Positions 30,010 through 46,171 of a DNA stretch of 64,000 nt are shown here, piece after piece. Source of the DNA: the human T2T-CHM13v2.0 reference genome, Homo sapiens. The stretch is from assembly GCF_009914755.1 (NCBI RefSeq), contig NC_060928.1. The stretch is one strand, 5' to 3'. Every line of letters begins with the position of its first letter. The first letter of the stretch is position 1. The notes under the pieces were generated by a model. The model worked only from the letters and a program-made list of their open reading frames with translations, did not search any database and was not told the DNA's origin. A program made the translations under genes and the position numbers.

Positions 30010-30910
30010 ACTCCAGACCCTGTTTGCCTGGGTATCAGCAGCAGTGGCTGCAGAACAGCGATGGCTGTAGAACAGCGGATTTTCGTGAACCGCAAATGTT
30101 GCTGCCTGATCAGTCCTCTGGAAGTTTTGTCTCAGAGGAGTACTTGGCCGTGTGAGGTGTCAATCTGCCCCTACTGGGGGTGCCTCCCAGTTAGGCTGCT
30201 CAGGGGTCAGGGAACCACTTGAGGAGACAGTCTGCCCGTTCTCAGATCTCCAGCTGCGTGCTGGGGGAACCACTATTCTCTTTAAAGCTGTCAGACGGGG
30301 ACATTTAAGTCTGCAGAGGTTACTGCTGTCTTTTTGTTTGTCTGTGCCCTGCCCCCAGAGGTGGAGCCTACAGAGGCAGGCAGGCCTCCTTGAGCTGTGG
30401 TGGGCTCCACCCAGTTCGAGCTTTCCGGCTGCTTTGTTTACCTAAGCAAGCCTGGGCAATGGCGGGCACCCCTCCCCCAGCCTCACTGCCACCTTGCAGT
30501 TTGATCTCAGACTGCTGTGCTAGCAATCAGTGAGACTCCATGGTTGTAGGACCCTCCGAGCCATGTGCAGGATATAATCTCCTGGTGTGCCGTTTTTTAA
30601 GCCCGTTGGAAAAGCGCAGTATTAGGGTGGGAGTGACCAGATTTTCCAGGTGCCGTCTGTCACCCCTTTCTTTGACTAGCAAAGGGAACTCCCTGACCCC
30701 TTGTGCTTCCCGAGTGAGGCAATGCCTCACCCTGCTTCGGCCTGTGCACAGTGCGCTGCACCCACTGTCCTGCACCCACTGTCTGGCACTCCCTAGTGAG
30801 ATGAACCTGGTACCTCAGATGGAAATGCAGAAATCACCTGTCTTCTGTGTCACTCACGCTGGGAGCTGTAGACCGGAGCTGTTCCTATTCAGCCATCTTG
30901 GCTCCTTACC
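30010..30910. promoter_or_regulatory. L1 5'UTR: sense promoter (fires on -) with YY1 site and antisense promoter (fires on +)
   Basis: YY1 core GCCATCTT at 30892-30899. Antisense promoter and ORF0 region present by homology to L1PA 5'UTRs; activity not shown. Confidence 0.7.
30459..30533 (+). pseudogene. L1 ORF0, truncated at codon 25
   Basis: MAGTPPPASLPPCSLISDCCASNQ* with TGA at 30531-30533. Confidence 0.85.
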
Positions 30911-31589
30911 AACTTCTTTCCTTTATAAATTACCTAGTTTCATGTAGTATCTTTATAGCACTGTGAAAACAGACTAATACAGAGGGGTGTGCATTGGAAA
31001 CTCCTATTCTCCCATCATGCTATCATCATTCCTCTTGTCTAGTAGTTTCACTGCTGATTATCAAATGTTTTCCATGAACAAATCAGAGTGTGGATAGCTA
31101 CCCAACTGGAATACCTATTATTTACATAACACCCTTCCATAACATTAATAGGTCACTGCTGAACTCAATGAAAGTTTTCAAATCCATATGTCCTATAAAA
31201 TTAAATCAACGAAACACCATTTCTCCCATTGCTTGTGTTTTCAATGATAAATATAACCAAATGTTGCCAAAGTCATCTCCACATATATATGTAGCACACA
31301 TAAGCAAGGGTTAATTTATACTCTGAATTAGTATTTTAATACAAGAATAGACCAAAGTATCTACACATTTTTGTACAGATATTTGACATATTTGTAAATG
31401 CTATTGTAAACATATGCCACTGATATTATATAACATTTGATAGCATCATTTCATGACAGAATTTTACTTTCACTGTGCTTTCTCTCAATATAATTACTTT
31501 CACTGGCTTTTCAGTTTGTTTTACAAGAATATCCAGAAGAAATGCATTTGGCCACAAATATCAACAAACCCAATACTGTTTTTAAAAAT

Positions 31590-31790
31590 AAAGTTTTATT
31601 TGTATTATAAAGCAAGAAGTCCAGAAATAGGCTACGTAAATATTAATTCGACTCAACAATGTCAAAACTCAGGTCTTTAGGATTCTCTTGAACATCTTTT
31701 CTTTTTGCTATATCATGGTCATAAAATGACTACTGCAAATGTAATTACCCCCATCTGTATTCCAAAAGGTATAAGAATAAAAATGGGGAG
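31590..31790. mobile_element. Old MLT1 (J/K/L-like) LTR fragment
   Basis: AAGAAGTCCAGAAATAGG and TCATGGTCATAAAATGACTACTGCA motifs. Confidence 0.4.
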
Positions 31791-32058
31791 GATAGCAAAA
31801 AGGCTCTCCTTTATTATCAAGGATTACTTTAGTTTACTCTTTAAGAGTATTCACTTGCAGTTCAAGTGAATTTAAGGATTAATTAATACAGCTGGCAAGT
31901 AATTTACACAACAACTACTGGAAATGTATATCTCCTCGTAAGGAAAGTGTCAAACCTTTTTTACTTGTATAAAGAATAGCTTTGCTTTGTTAGGTGGAAA
32001 CAGAGTTGTTTCGTTGTTGTGTAAAAGGAAACAGAAGCTGACTAATAAAAGGAGTGTA

Positions 32059-33057
32059 TTGGCTGTGGCCCTTTCCACCCCCTAGTGCTGCTGGGCCTGC
32101 AGGCCTTTGTTCCACAGTTTGTTAAAGTTGTTAAGAATAAGGCCTGCTTTAAGAGATACCAAGTGAAATTTAGAAGACGAGGAAAGGGTAAAACTGAATA
32201 CCATGCTTGGAAACACTTAGTGATACAGGATAAAAATAAATATAAAACACCCAAATACAGGATGATAGTTCATGTAACAAACAGAGATATCATTTGTCAG
32301 ATTGCTTATGCCCGTATAGACAGGGGTATAATAGTCTGTGCAGCATATGCACACGAACTGCCAAAATATGGTATGAAGGATGGCCTAACAAATTATGTTG
32401 CAGCGTATTGTACTGGCCTCCTGCTGGCCTGCAGGCTACTCAATAGGTTTGGCATGGAAAAGATCTATGAAGGCCAAGTGGAGGTGACTGGCGATGAATA
32501 CAATGTGGAAAGCATTGATGGTCCGCCGGGTGCCTTTACCTGCTATTTGGATGCAGGCCTTGCCAGAACTACCACTGGCAATAAAGTTTTTGGCACCCTG
32601 AAGGGAGCTGTGGATGGAGGCTTGTCTATCCCTCACAGTACCAAATGATTCCCTGGTTATGATTCTGAAAGCAAGGAATTTATGTAGAACTACACAGGAA
32701 GCACATTGTGGGCCAGAATGTTGCAGAATGTTGCAGATTACATGTAAGATGAAGATAATTACAAGAAACAGTTCTCTCAATACATAAAGAACAGAGTAAC
32801 TCCAGACATGATGGAGATGTATAGGAAAGCTCATGCTGCTATACGAGAGAATCCAGTCTATGAAAAGAAGCCCAAGAAAGAAGTTAAAAAGAGGTGGAAT
32901 CATCCCAAAATGTCCCTTGCTCAGAAGAAAGATCGGGTAGCTCAAAAGAAAGCAAGCCCCCTCAAGAGCTCAGGAGCGGGCTGCTGAGAGCTAAACCAAA
33001 CAATTTTCTATGAAGATTTTCAGATAAAGACAATAAAAGTATGGACAGAAAAAAAAA
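32059..33057 (+). pseudogene. RPL5: Processed pseudogene of ribosomal protein L5 (uL18)
   Basis: Intronless [21 protein letters not shown]...AYCTGLLLA...[10 protein letters not shown]. Pyrimidine-rich 5'UTR, start codon missing, TGA at 32646, 10-bp duplication near 32716-32735, native stop 32992, AATAAA 33032, poly(A), TSD GGAGTGTA (32051-32058, 33059-33066). Confidence 0.97.
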
Positions 33058-33067
33058 TGGAGTGTAC

Positions 33068-33560
33068 CGTGTTAGTTACCGATTTATTCCTCTGCCTCGA
33101 CATTTATCCTCTTTGGCCTAGGTTTTACTGGATCTGGACCCTGTACAAATTTCTTTTGCCAGCTTGTCTAATATTAGTTGGCAAGAGAGGGCACCAGATG
33201 GACATTGTATGTCATGGTAAAGGAAGGGGTTTCACTTCCTAATTCTAGTGTATTTTCTTCCTTCTGTGGTGTGCCTGCTAGTGACATGCTGGAGGCCCAT
33301 TGAGTTTCTCAGGAACCCTCAAGGACAGCTTCCTGTAGACAAGCCCCAATCTGCCATTACTTCAGTTGATAACTACATACAGATAAACTCCGGTCCACTG
33401 ACTCCAGTGAACTTCTTTGCCACCCAGTGAACCATAGCTATGCCCTCTCCAGTGAGATCTCAATCTTAGGAGCGGGAGGTGATTCTTCCAAGTTCTTAGT
33501 GTATTTCTTGCCCTTCTCTCTCTCTCTTTCTCATTCTCTTTACCCAATCCCACTAAAGAC
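33068..33560 (+). mobile_element. ERVL LTR (LTR40/LTR41-like), degenerate
   Basis: GTTACCGATTTATT...TTCTTTTGCCAGCT...AGAGGGCACCAGATGGACA resembles LTR41/LTR40. Confidence 0.5.
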
Positions 33561-33867
33561 AGTACATTTGTAGAGGCTTCCTACATAAGCTGTTTTAGTA
33601 TAGAGTCTAGTTTTCCATTATAAGTAGTTGACCATTTTTAACTAATTTTTAAATATTAAATTATCAACATTCACATTATTGGTGTGCTTTCTATCTCTTG
33701 CCTGAATCTTATCAGATACACAAGGAACATTCACCAGGTTGTGCCCTCTGGACCACATGAGTCTGTCAAACTTATCAGGCAGATTCTCAGACTGGTAAGA
33801 TGCAGACGGCTCTTCCTTTGAAAATGGCCAATGTTCCCAGGGGAAAGGCAATTCCAAAGACAAGAGG

Positions 33868-35310
33868 TATTTGTTTCTATTACTCTTCTAATAAATACCA
33901 CAAATTTAGTAGCTTAAAATAACATACATTTATTAACTTAATCACATTGGAAAGTCTCTTTTACCATGTCAAATAACATATGCACAAGTTCCAGGGATTA
34001 GGATATGAACATCGTTAGGGGGATATAATTCTACCACAGTAAGCAGTCTAGCCCACAAAGATTCATTCATCTCACATTCAATGCATTCATCCCATCCTAA
34101 TATTCCCAAGAGTCTTAACTCATTACAACAGCAGCTCAAAGTCTAAAATCTAATCTAAATCTCATCAGCTCAAAGAACCCAAATTCACATCATCTGAAAA
34201 ATAAAAATCAGATATGGATGAAATTCTGGATATGATCCATCTAGGGCAAAATTCATCTCCATCTGTAGACTTGCAAAACTAGAAAACAAGTTAACAGCTG
34301 TCAAAATACAAGATGGAATAAGTGTAGAACACCAGACAAACATTTCCATTCAAAAAAGAAAAATGGGAAGAAAAAAGAAATCAGCCATCTCAAGCAATCT
34401 CAAAACCCTGTAAGGAAAACTCCATTGAGTTTCAAGGCCTAGGAATAACCTGTGTGGTTCACAGCTTCACCCTCAGAGAATAGGATGGCTCTGACTTTGG
34501 AGTCAATCTTCCTTTTTCATGAAGAGTAGCATTGCTTTCAGCATAAGTAGTTTTATCAGCCTGCTTCCTGCCTTTAGAATTCCAGAGTCTCAATAGTCTT
34601 CCTTCATGTATCCTTCTTTCTGTCCCTTTCAGTCCAAGCTGGCAGTGCTGCTATTGATATAAAATCTCATGAACATTTTGAGTCTCCTACATCTGTCATG
34701 GGAATTCACTCCACACAACAGCTCCTCTACAGGTTTTTCCTAGATAATGCAGGTCTATTTTTGGCCTCTTCAGAGATGGCTGAAGGGATCCATGAGTCAT
34801 ACACCTGATTTCTTCAAAGAGCTTCTGTGTGACTGAATACTCTGGCTCTAGATCCTTCCAAGGCACTAGCAAAAGATAATTCAACCACAACCTCAGTTTT
34901 CTCCCCAGAACTCGCTTTCCTGAAAGTGAATCTTCGAATTTGAGTGTCTTTTTCAAATTGGATAGGTTGGAAATTTCCCGCATCATCAAGTCCTGGTTTC
35001 TTTTGGCTTAACAGTTCTTCCTTCAATTTGTGCTTTTCCTGTCACATTTTACTATAAGCAGAAAGAAGAAACCTCAGCACACCTTCAACACTTGGCAGTC
35101 TCCTTATCCAAATCCAAGGACATTCCTTACAAAGTCTAGTTTCCACATAATTATGTAGGACACAATTTAGCTACACTTTCTACCACTCTATAACAAGAAT
35201 CCCCTTTCCAATAGTTTCAAATAATGTCTTCCTCATTTTCTTCTGATCCTTCACTAGTAGTAAGTATCTTTAACGTCCATATTTCTACCAACAGTCTGTT
35301 TAGGATAATT
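33868..35310 (-). mobile_element. MaLR MLT1 LTR (internally deleted, 33868-34038) plus MLT1 internal sequence
   Basis: ACCACAAATTTAGTAGCTTAAAATAAC and GTTCCAGGGATTAGGATATGAACATC LTR motifs, followed by MaLR-int-like sequence. Confidence 0.7.
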
Positions 35311-35479
35311 TTCTTTTTAGAGATATGAATAAATTAGTTTTATTTTCCTATAGTAGATGTTTTGAACCTCATTTAATAGTTCCTTGTTTCGTTGTGGAGA
35401 ACAGAGCTACAGAATTTTATTTCACCTACTTCCACTCAGTTATCTCTCTTCCTCTTTGGAGTTTAGTTTCTCTTTTTTA

Positions 35480-36350
35480 TTTTCTATTTCCTAAGTGTGA
35501 AAGCTGAGTACATTGATTTTACATCTTTCTTCTTTTCTAATATAAGCATTAATTCTATATATTACCCACTAAATACAAGATTTTATCCTACAAATGTCAA
35601 TATGCTATGTTTTCATTTTCACATAGCTTGAAATATTTTCTGATTTTCCTCATAATTTCCTCTTTCACCTATGGTTTATTTGGAAGTATGTTGCTCAATT
35701 TCCAAATTATAATAATTTTCCAGACATTTTTCTGTGATTTATTTTTTGTAAACATTTTTGTGATCAGAGAGCATATTTTCTATTATTTCAATACTTTAAA
35801 TATATTAAGACTTGTTTTATTAATAAAAATGTTCTATCTTGGTAAATGTTCTATGTGCATGTAGAAATATGTGTATTATGCATATTTAAACATATTGGGT
35901 GGCATGTTCTATAAGTGCTTATTAGGTCACACTTGGCTAATAGTCCGGTTCAATCTTCTATAACCTCACTGAGGTCTCACTCTATCAATTATTGAGACCA
36001 GAGTAGTGAAATAGCTAGCCATAATTGTTAATTCTTTATTTCTCCATTCTATTCTGTCAGTTGTTCCCTCAAGCATTCTGAATCTCTATACATGCATATA
36101 CCTTTAGGATTACCGTGTCTTCTCGATGATCTCTTTCTTTTTCATTATGAAATATCCCTCTTTATCTCTAGTAATACTCTTTATTCTTATATGTATTTTA
36201 TCTGATACTAATATAGCCACTACAGCATTTTTATTGATGCTTGCACAATATATCACTTTTCATGCTTTTACTTTTAGCCCATGGGTATCTACACATTCAA
36301 AGTATATTAATTAGAAATAGCACAGTTGTATCATGCTTTTATATTTTATA
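35480..36350 (-). mobile_element. Old L1M ORF2 endonuclease-region fragment
   Basis: T-rich degenerate L1 antisense (CATTATGAAATATCCCTCTTTATCT, TCTGATACTAATATAGCCAC). Confidence 0.7.
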
Positions 36351-36369
36351 TTAGTTATCTGCAGAAGAG

Positions 36370-37160
36370 GACATAGAAGTATTACAAAATCCTAGGGTTG
36401 CGTGCTCTTATTCTCATATTGGTACTTTCCAGAGGCTTTCTAAAGCACCCCAGTTTGCAACGAACACTTCAAGTATTATTTGATCTGCTGAATCATAAGG
36501 CCTGAATGAAAAAGTAGCTTGCAATGCAGCCTGAACATACTATAGAGCTTTGTCTTCTTCTGGTTCCCACTCAAAACTGCACACTTATCAGTATCTCAGT
36601 AGAAAGGCCAAAGTAACACACCCAAATGCAATATATATTATCTCTAAAACCCAGAAAGACCTACCAAGAGTTGTAACTCTTTTTCATGGTAGATGGTGGA
36701 AGGAATGGCAACTTGTCTTTCACCTTGGAGGGGATATTTTGACATTATCCAGGCCACTGGACCCCAGAAACTTCACTGCAGTAAGAGGCCCCTGAAATTT
36801 CATGGGGTTAATCTTCCATTATCCGGTTTGCAAGATTCTTCCTACTTACAGCTATTCAAATCTAATCGGCATAATGCCATCAATATACCAGACTATGTTG
36901 TTTTGCGCCAGTAAAAATGCTGTATCTGAAATAGCAGCTGCAGTCTCTATCACCACCATCTGATTAAGTCTATAATGACCCACAGTCACCTCCCAAAATT
37001 AATCTGACTTCTGCACAGCTCACATAGGCAAATTACATAGAGATGTGATAACTATCTCTACTCCTGAGTCTTCCAAGTCTCTGGTGGTGGCAATAATCTA
37101 TGCAATTCCCCAGAAATTCAGTATTGTATCTGGCTTTATACATTATCAAGGGAGAAATTT
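36370..37160 (-). mobile_element. ERV-L internal pol (reverse transcriptase) relic
   Basis: The minus strand encodes degenerate YIDGIM (YxDD position), WKINPMKFQGPLTAVKFLG, IPSKVKDKL and SFEW, typical of class III ERV-L pol. Confidence 0.8.
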
Positions 37161-37632
37161 CCACAATGTTGTTAAAATGGCCATACTGCCCAAATAAATT
37201 TATAGACTCAATGCTATTTCTATTAAAGTACCATTGACATTCTTCAGAGAACTAGGGAAAACTAAAATTCAGATGGAACCAGAAAAGAGCCTGAAAAGCC
37301 AAGGCAATCTTAAGCAAAAAGAAAAAAGCTAGAGGCAGTATGTTACCCAACTTCAAATTAGAGTCCAGGCCTACAGTAACCAAAACAGCATGATACTGGT
37401 ACAAAAAAATAGTCACATAGACCAACAGATCAGAAAAGAATACCCAGAAATAAGACCACACACCTACAACTATCTGATCTTCAACAATCTTGACAAAAAC
37501 AAGCAATGGGGAAAGGATTTTCTATTCATTAAACGGTGCTGAGATAACTGGCTAGTCATATGCAGAAGACTGAAACTGGGCCCCTTCTTTACACGATGTA
37601 CAAAAATTAACTCAAGATAGATTAAAGACTTA

Positions 37633-39150
<1,518 letters not shown>

Positions 39151-39189
39151 TAAAAATCACGAGATACCATCTAACACAAGTCATAATGG

Positions 39190-42840
<3,651 letters not shown>

Positions 42841-43559
42841 AACACAATACTCAAAAAAAGAGAAAAAAAGTCAAAAAAATAACAGATGCTGGTGAAGTTT
42901 TCGAGATAAAGGAACACTTATACACTGTTGGTGCGACTGTAAATTAGTTCAGCCATTGTGGAAGAAAGTATGGTGATTCCTCAAAGACTTCAAGACAGAA
43001 TACCGTTCAACCCAGCAATCCCATTACTGGGTATATACCCAAAGGAATATAAATTATTCTATTATAAAAATACATGCATGCATATGTTCACTGTAACACC
43101 ATTCACAATAGCAAGGATGTGGAATCAACCTAAATGACCATCAAAGATAGACTAGATAAAGAAAATGTGGTACATGTATACCATGAAATACTATGCAGCA
43201 ATAAAAAAGAACAAGATCATGTCCTTTGCAGGGACATGGATGGAGCAGGAGGTCATTATTCTCAGCAAAATAACACAAGAACAGAAAACCAAATACCACG
43301 TATTCTGTCTTATAAGTGGGAGCTAAATGATGAGAACACATGGACACCGAGAGGAACAACACATACTGAGGTCTTTCAGAGGGTGGAGGGTGGGAAGAGG
43401 GAGAGGATGAGAAAAAAATAACTAACGGGTACCAGGCTTAATACCTAGGTGATAAAATAGTTTGTACAACAAACCCCCTTGACACAAGTTTACCTATGTA
43501 ACAAACCTGCACTTGTATCACTGAACTTAAAATAAAAGTTAAAAAAGAAGACACAAAGA

Positions 43560-46170
43560 TTAAAGGTATAAAAAATTATTTTAAGAATAAAAAATCAACA
43601 CAACTAAAAATATAGTTTTCTTAGTCATAAAAATTGTATGCTTTAAGCCACAAAATTTTTCAAGTTAGCGAAAATTGACCACTTTATGCAAACTAGAATT
43701 AGCAAAATTAACTTTAAAAAATAGTAAACCTGAATAAATCAATGTCGATTAAATAATCTGAAGTAATAGACAAATATCTCTCCCAAGAAGAAACACCCAG
43801 GCCCAGGTAGTTTTATAAACAATTTCTAATAATTCTTCAAGGAAGAAAATTTCCCTATTTGTGCTAACTTTTCCAATGAGTGAAAAAAAGAGGGAACACT
43901 TATAAAATCTTCATACCAAAACCAAAAATGGAGAACACAAGAAAAGCATGTAGCAATCCCACTTATGAACACATATGCAAACGTACCAGTAAATTTAAAA
44001 ACTACTAATATATAACAAATGCAAGATGCTTTAATATCAAGAAAAATGTATTCACATACTTTATGACCCAAACAAATTAAGGGAGACAAGTCTTATAAAC
44101 ATCTTAATGTATATAAAAAATTAATAAATTTCAACACACACTAATGAGTATTTTTTAAGCCAGCAAAATTAAGGCTAGAAGATAATAAAAGATATGTCCC
44201 AAAAACCCACAGCATCATACCTATAAGTAAAATTTAATAAGCATTTCTATTTATCAGGAAGACAAAGATGTCTATCACTGATACGCAACATAGTATGTCT
44301 TAGTGGATGTAATGAAAGGAAAAAAAGAAAGGGAAAGAGGAAAGGAGTAAGGGAGTGAGAAAGCAAAGAGGAAGACAATTCAAGGAAAACACAAAAGAAT
44401 TAAAAAAGAATATTCAAAGTTATTATTTTAAGGAACTCTTCCTATAGAAAAACCATAAGCAAGTTAAAGAGTTGCTGGATCAAAGAACAAAATACATAAA
44501 TCAACATTGTTCCTACATACCAACAATAATTCATAAGAAAATACAGATTTAAAAAGATGTAATTTGCAACAGCAAATAAAAGCCTACATGGTGTCTAGAA
44601 ATAAATTTAACAAATATGTACAAGACCTTTGAGGAAAAATTTGTAAATATCATGAAAGAAGATAAATATAGATCTAAACAGAGAGATATAGCATGGTTTA
44701 GATGTGACAATTGTATAATAAATATGATCCAAATGAAGCTTTTGTTTTTTGCTTTTGCTTTTTATTTTTTTAATTTTTCTTTTAAGACAGGGTCTTGCTA
44801 TGGTGCCCAGGCTAGCCTTGAACTCCTGGGCTAAAGCTATCTTCCCACCTCAGCCTCAAGTACCTAGGACTACAGGCACATGTTACTGCACCTGGCTTGT
44901 TTTGGTTTTTTGACTGAGACAAACAGATTCTAAAATTAATAACGGAAGATCATATGTCTATGAAAAGCCAAGAAATATATCATATGGAAGAATTAAAGGT
45001 GAGGGCAGTATAGGGGATCTTAGTCCATTTGATACAAGATTTGTTAAACTGTAAAGTTAAAAATAGTGTGGTATTGGTTTGAGATTAGAAACAGATCAGT
45101 AGAACCAAATAGAAATCTCAGAAGTGGAAACAAATGTTTTTTATTTTATTTCATTTACTAGTACAATGTATATTACAGAAGCACCATTACAAATCAGTGG
45201 AGAAAAGAGTATGTAACATAGGCATATTTTGGTAACTGCTTTTAAACACAAATAAGAGAATCTCACATCCCATGCACACAAAAAAAAGTGTTCCATATAA
45301 ATGTCAAATCTCAGCAAGAATTCAAAAGAAAATATAAAATAGCCTTATTTCAACAAGGTAGGAAAAATATTTCTCAAAAAAGATACCAAAAAATAAAACC
45401 TGTGAATAAAAAAATTAATTAATTTGATCATACTGAAAAAATTCTGTAGAGAAAGTCCATGAACAAAGTAAAATGAATAGCCAAGGATTAGAAAATATTA
45501 AACACATCTAAAAGACATTAGGACTGGTATCCAGAATACATAACAACTGCCTAAAAATCAACAGGCAGAGAATATGAACAGGAATTCATAGAAGAGGAAA
45601 TAGAAACAGCAAATAAACATAGGAAACAATGTCAACTTACATAGTAAAAAGAGAAATAGAACCTAAGAGATACATATACCCATCACTCTGAAGTCAGAAA
45701 ATACTAAGTGTTGATGAGGATTGCTGAGACAAGAACTCTGCCCAACGTTAAAATAATAAGTAAGTATAACCACATTAGGAAAGAAATTGGTAATAGCTAA
45801 TAAAGTTGAAAATGCACATACCTTACAAACCAGCAATTGCTGACTGGTTATATACCCTTGTGTATCAAAGACACAGGCAAAGACGGTTAGTGCAACATTA
45901 TTTGTAATAGCAAAAAATTAGAATCAAACTAAATGTATATTAGTATGTATATATATAAATGAAATGTACTAGTCATACAATAGAATTCTACACTGGAGGA
46001 AAACTAATTAAAACAATCCTACTTGTATGAATGTGAATAAATCCCCCGTGGGAGAAAAAAACGTTTTAAAAATATTTAAAATATGACCATTTATTTAACT
46101 TTCTAAATAGATCATTTGTGAATAAATATCTATCCAGTAAAAATGTACAAGGTGTGCTGGAAGATATATC
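43560..46170 (+). mobile_element. Ancient L1ME-type fragment
   Basis: Very degenerate, A-rich ORF2-to-3'UTR sequence (CCAGGCCCAGGTAGTTTTA, AAATCAGTGGAGAAAAGA, GAATTCATAGAAGAGGAAAT). Confidence 0.7.
44762..44896 (-). mobile_element. FLAM (free left Alu monomer)
   Basis: T-tail followed by AGACAGGGTCTTGCTATGGTGCCCAGGCTAG...GCACCTGGC; monomer length. Confidence 0.85.
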
Positions 46171-46171
46171 C

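Noticed and set aside
32436-32945. 169-aa minus-strand ORF
   Set aside because: Antisense shadow of the RPL5 retrocopy.
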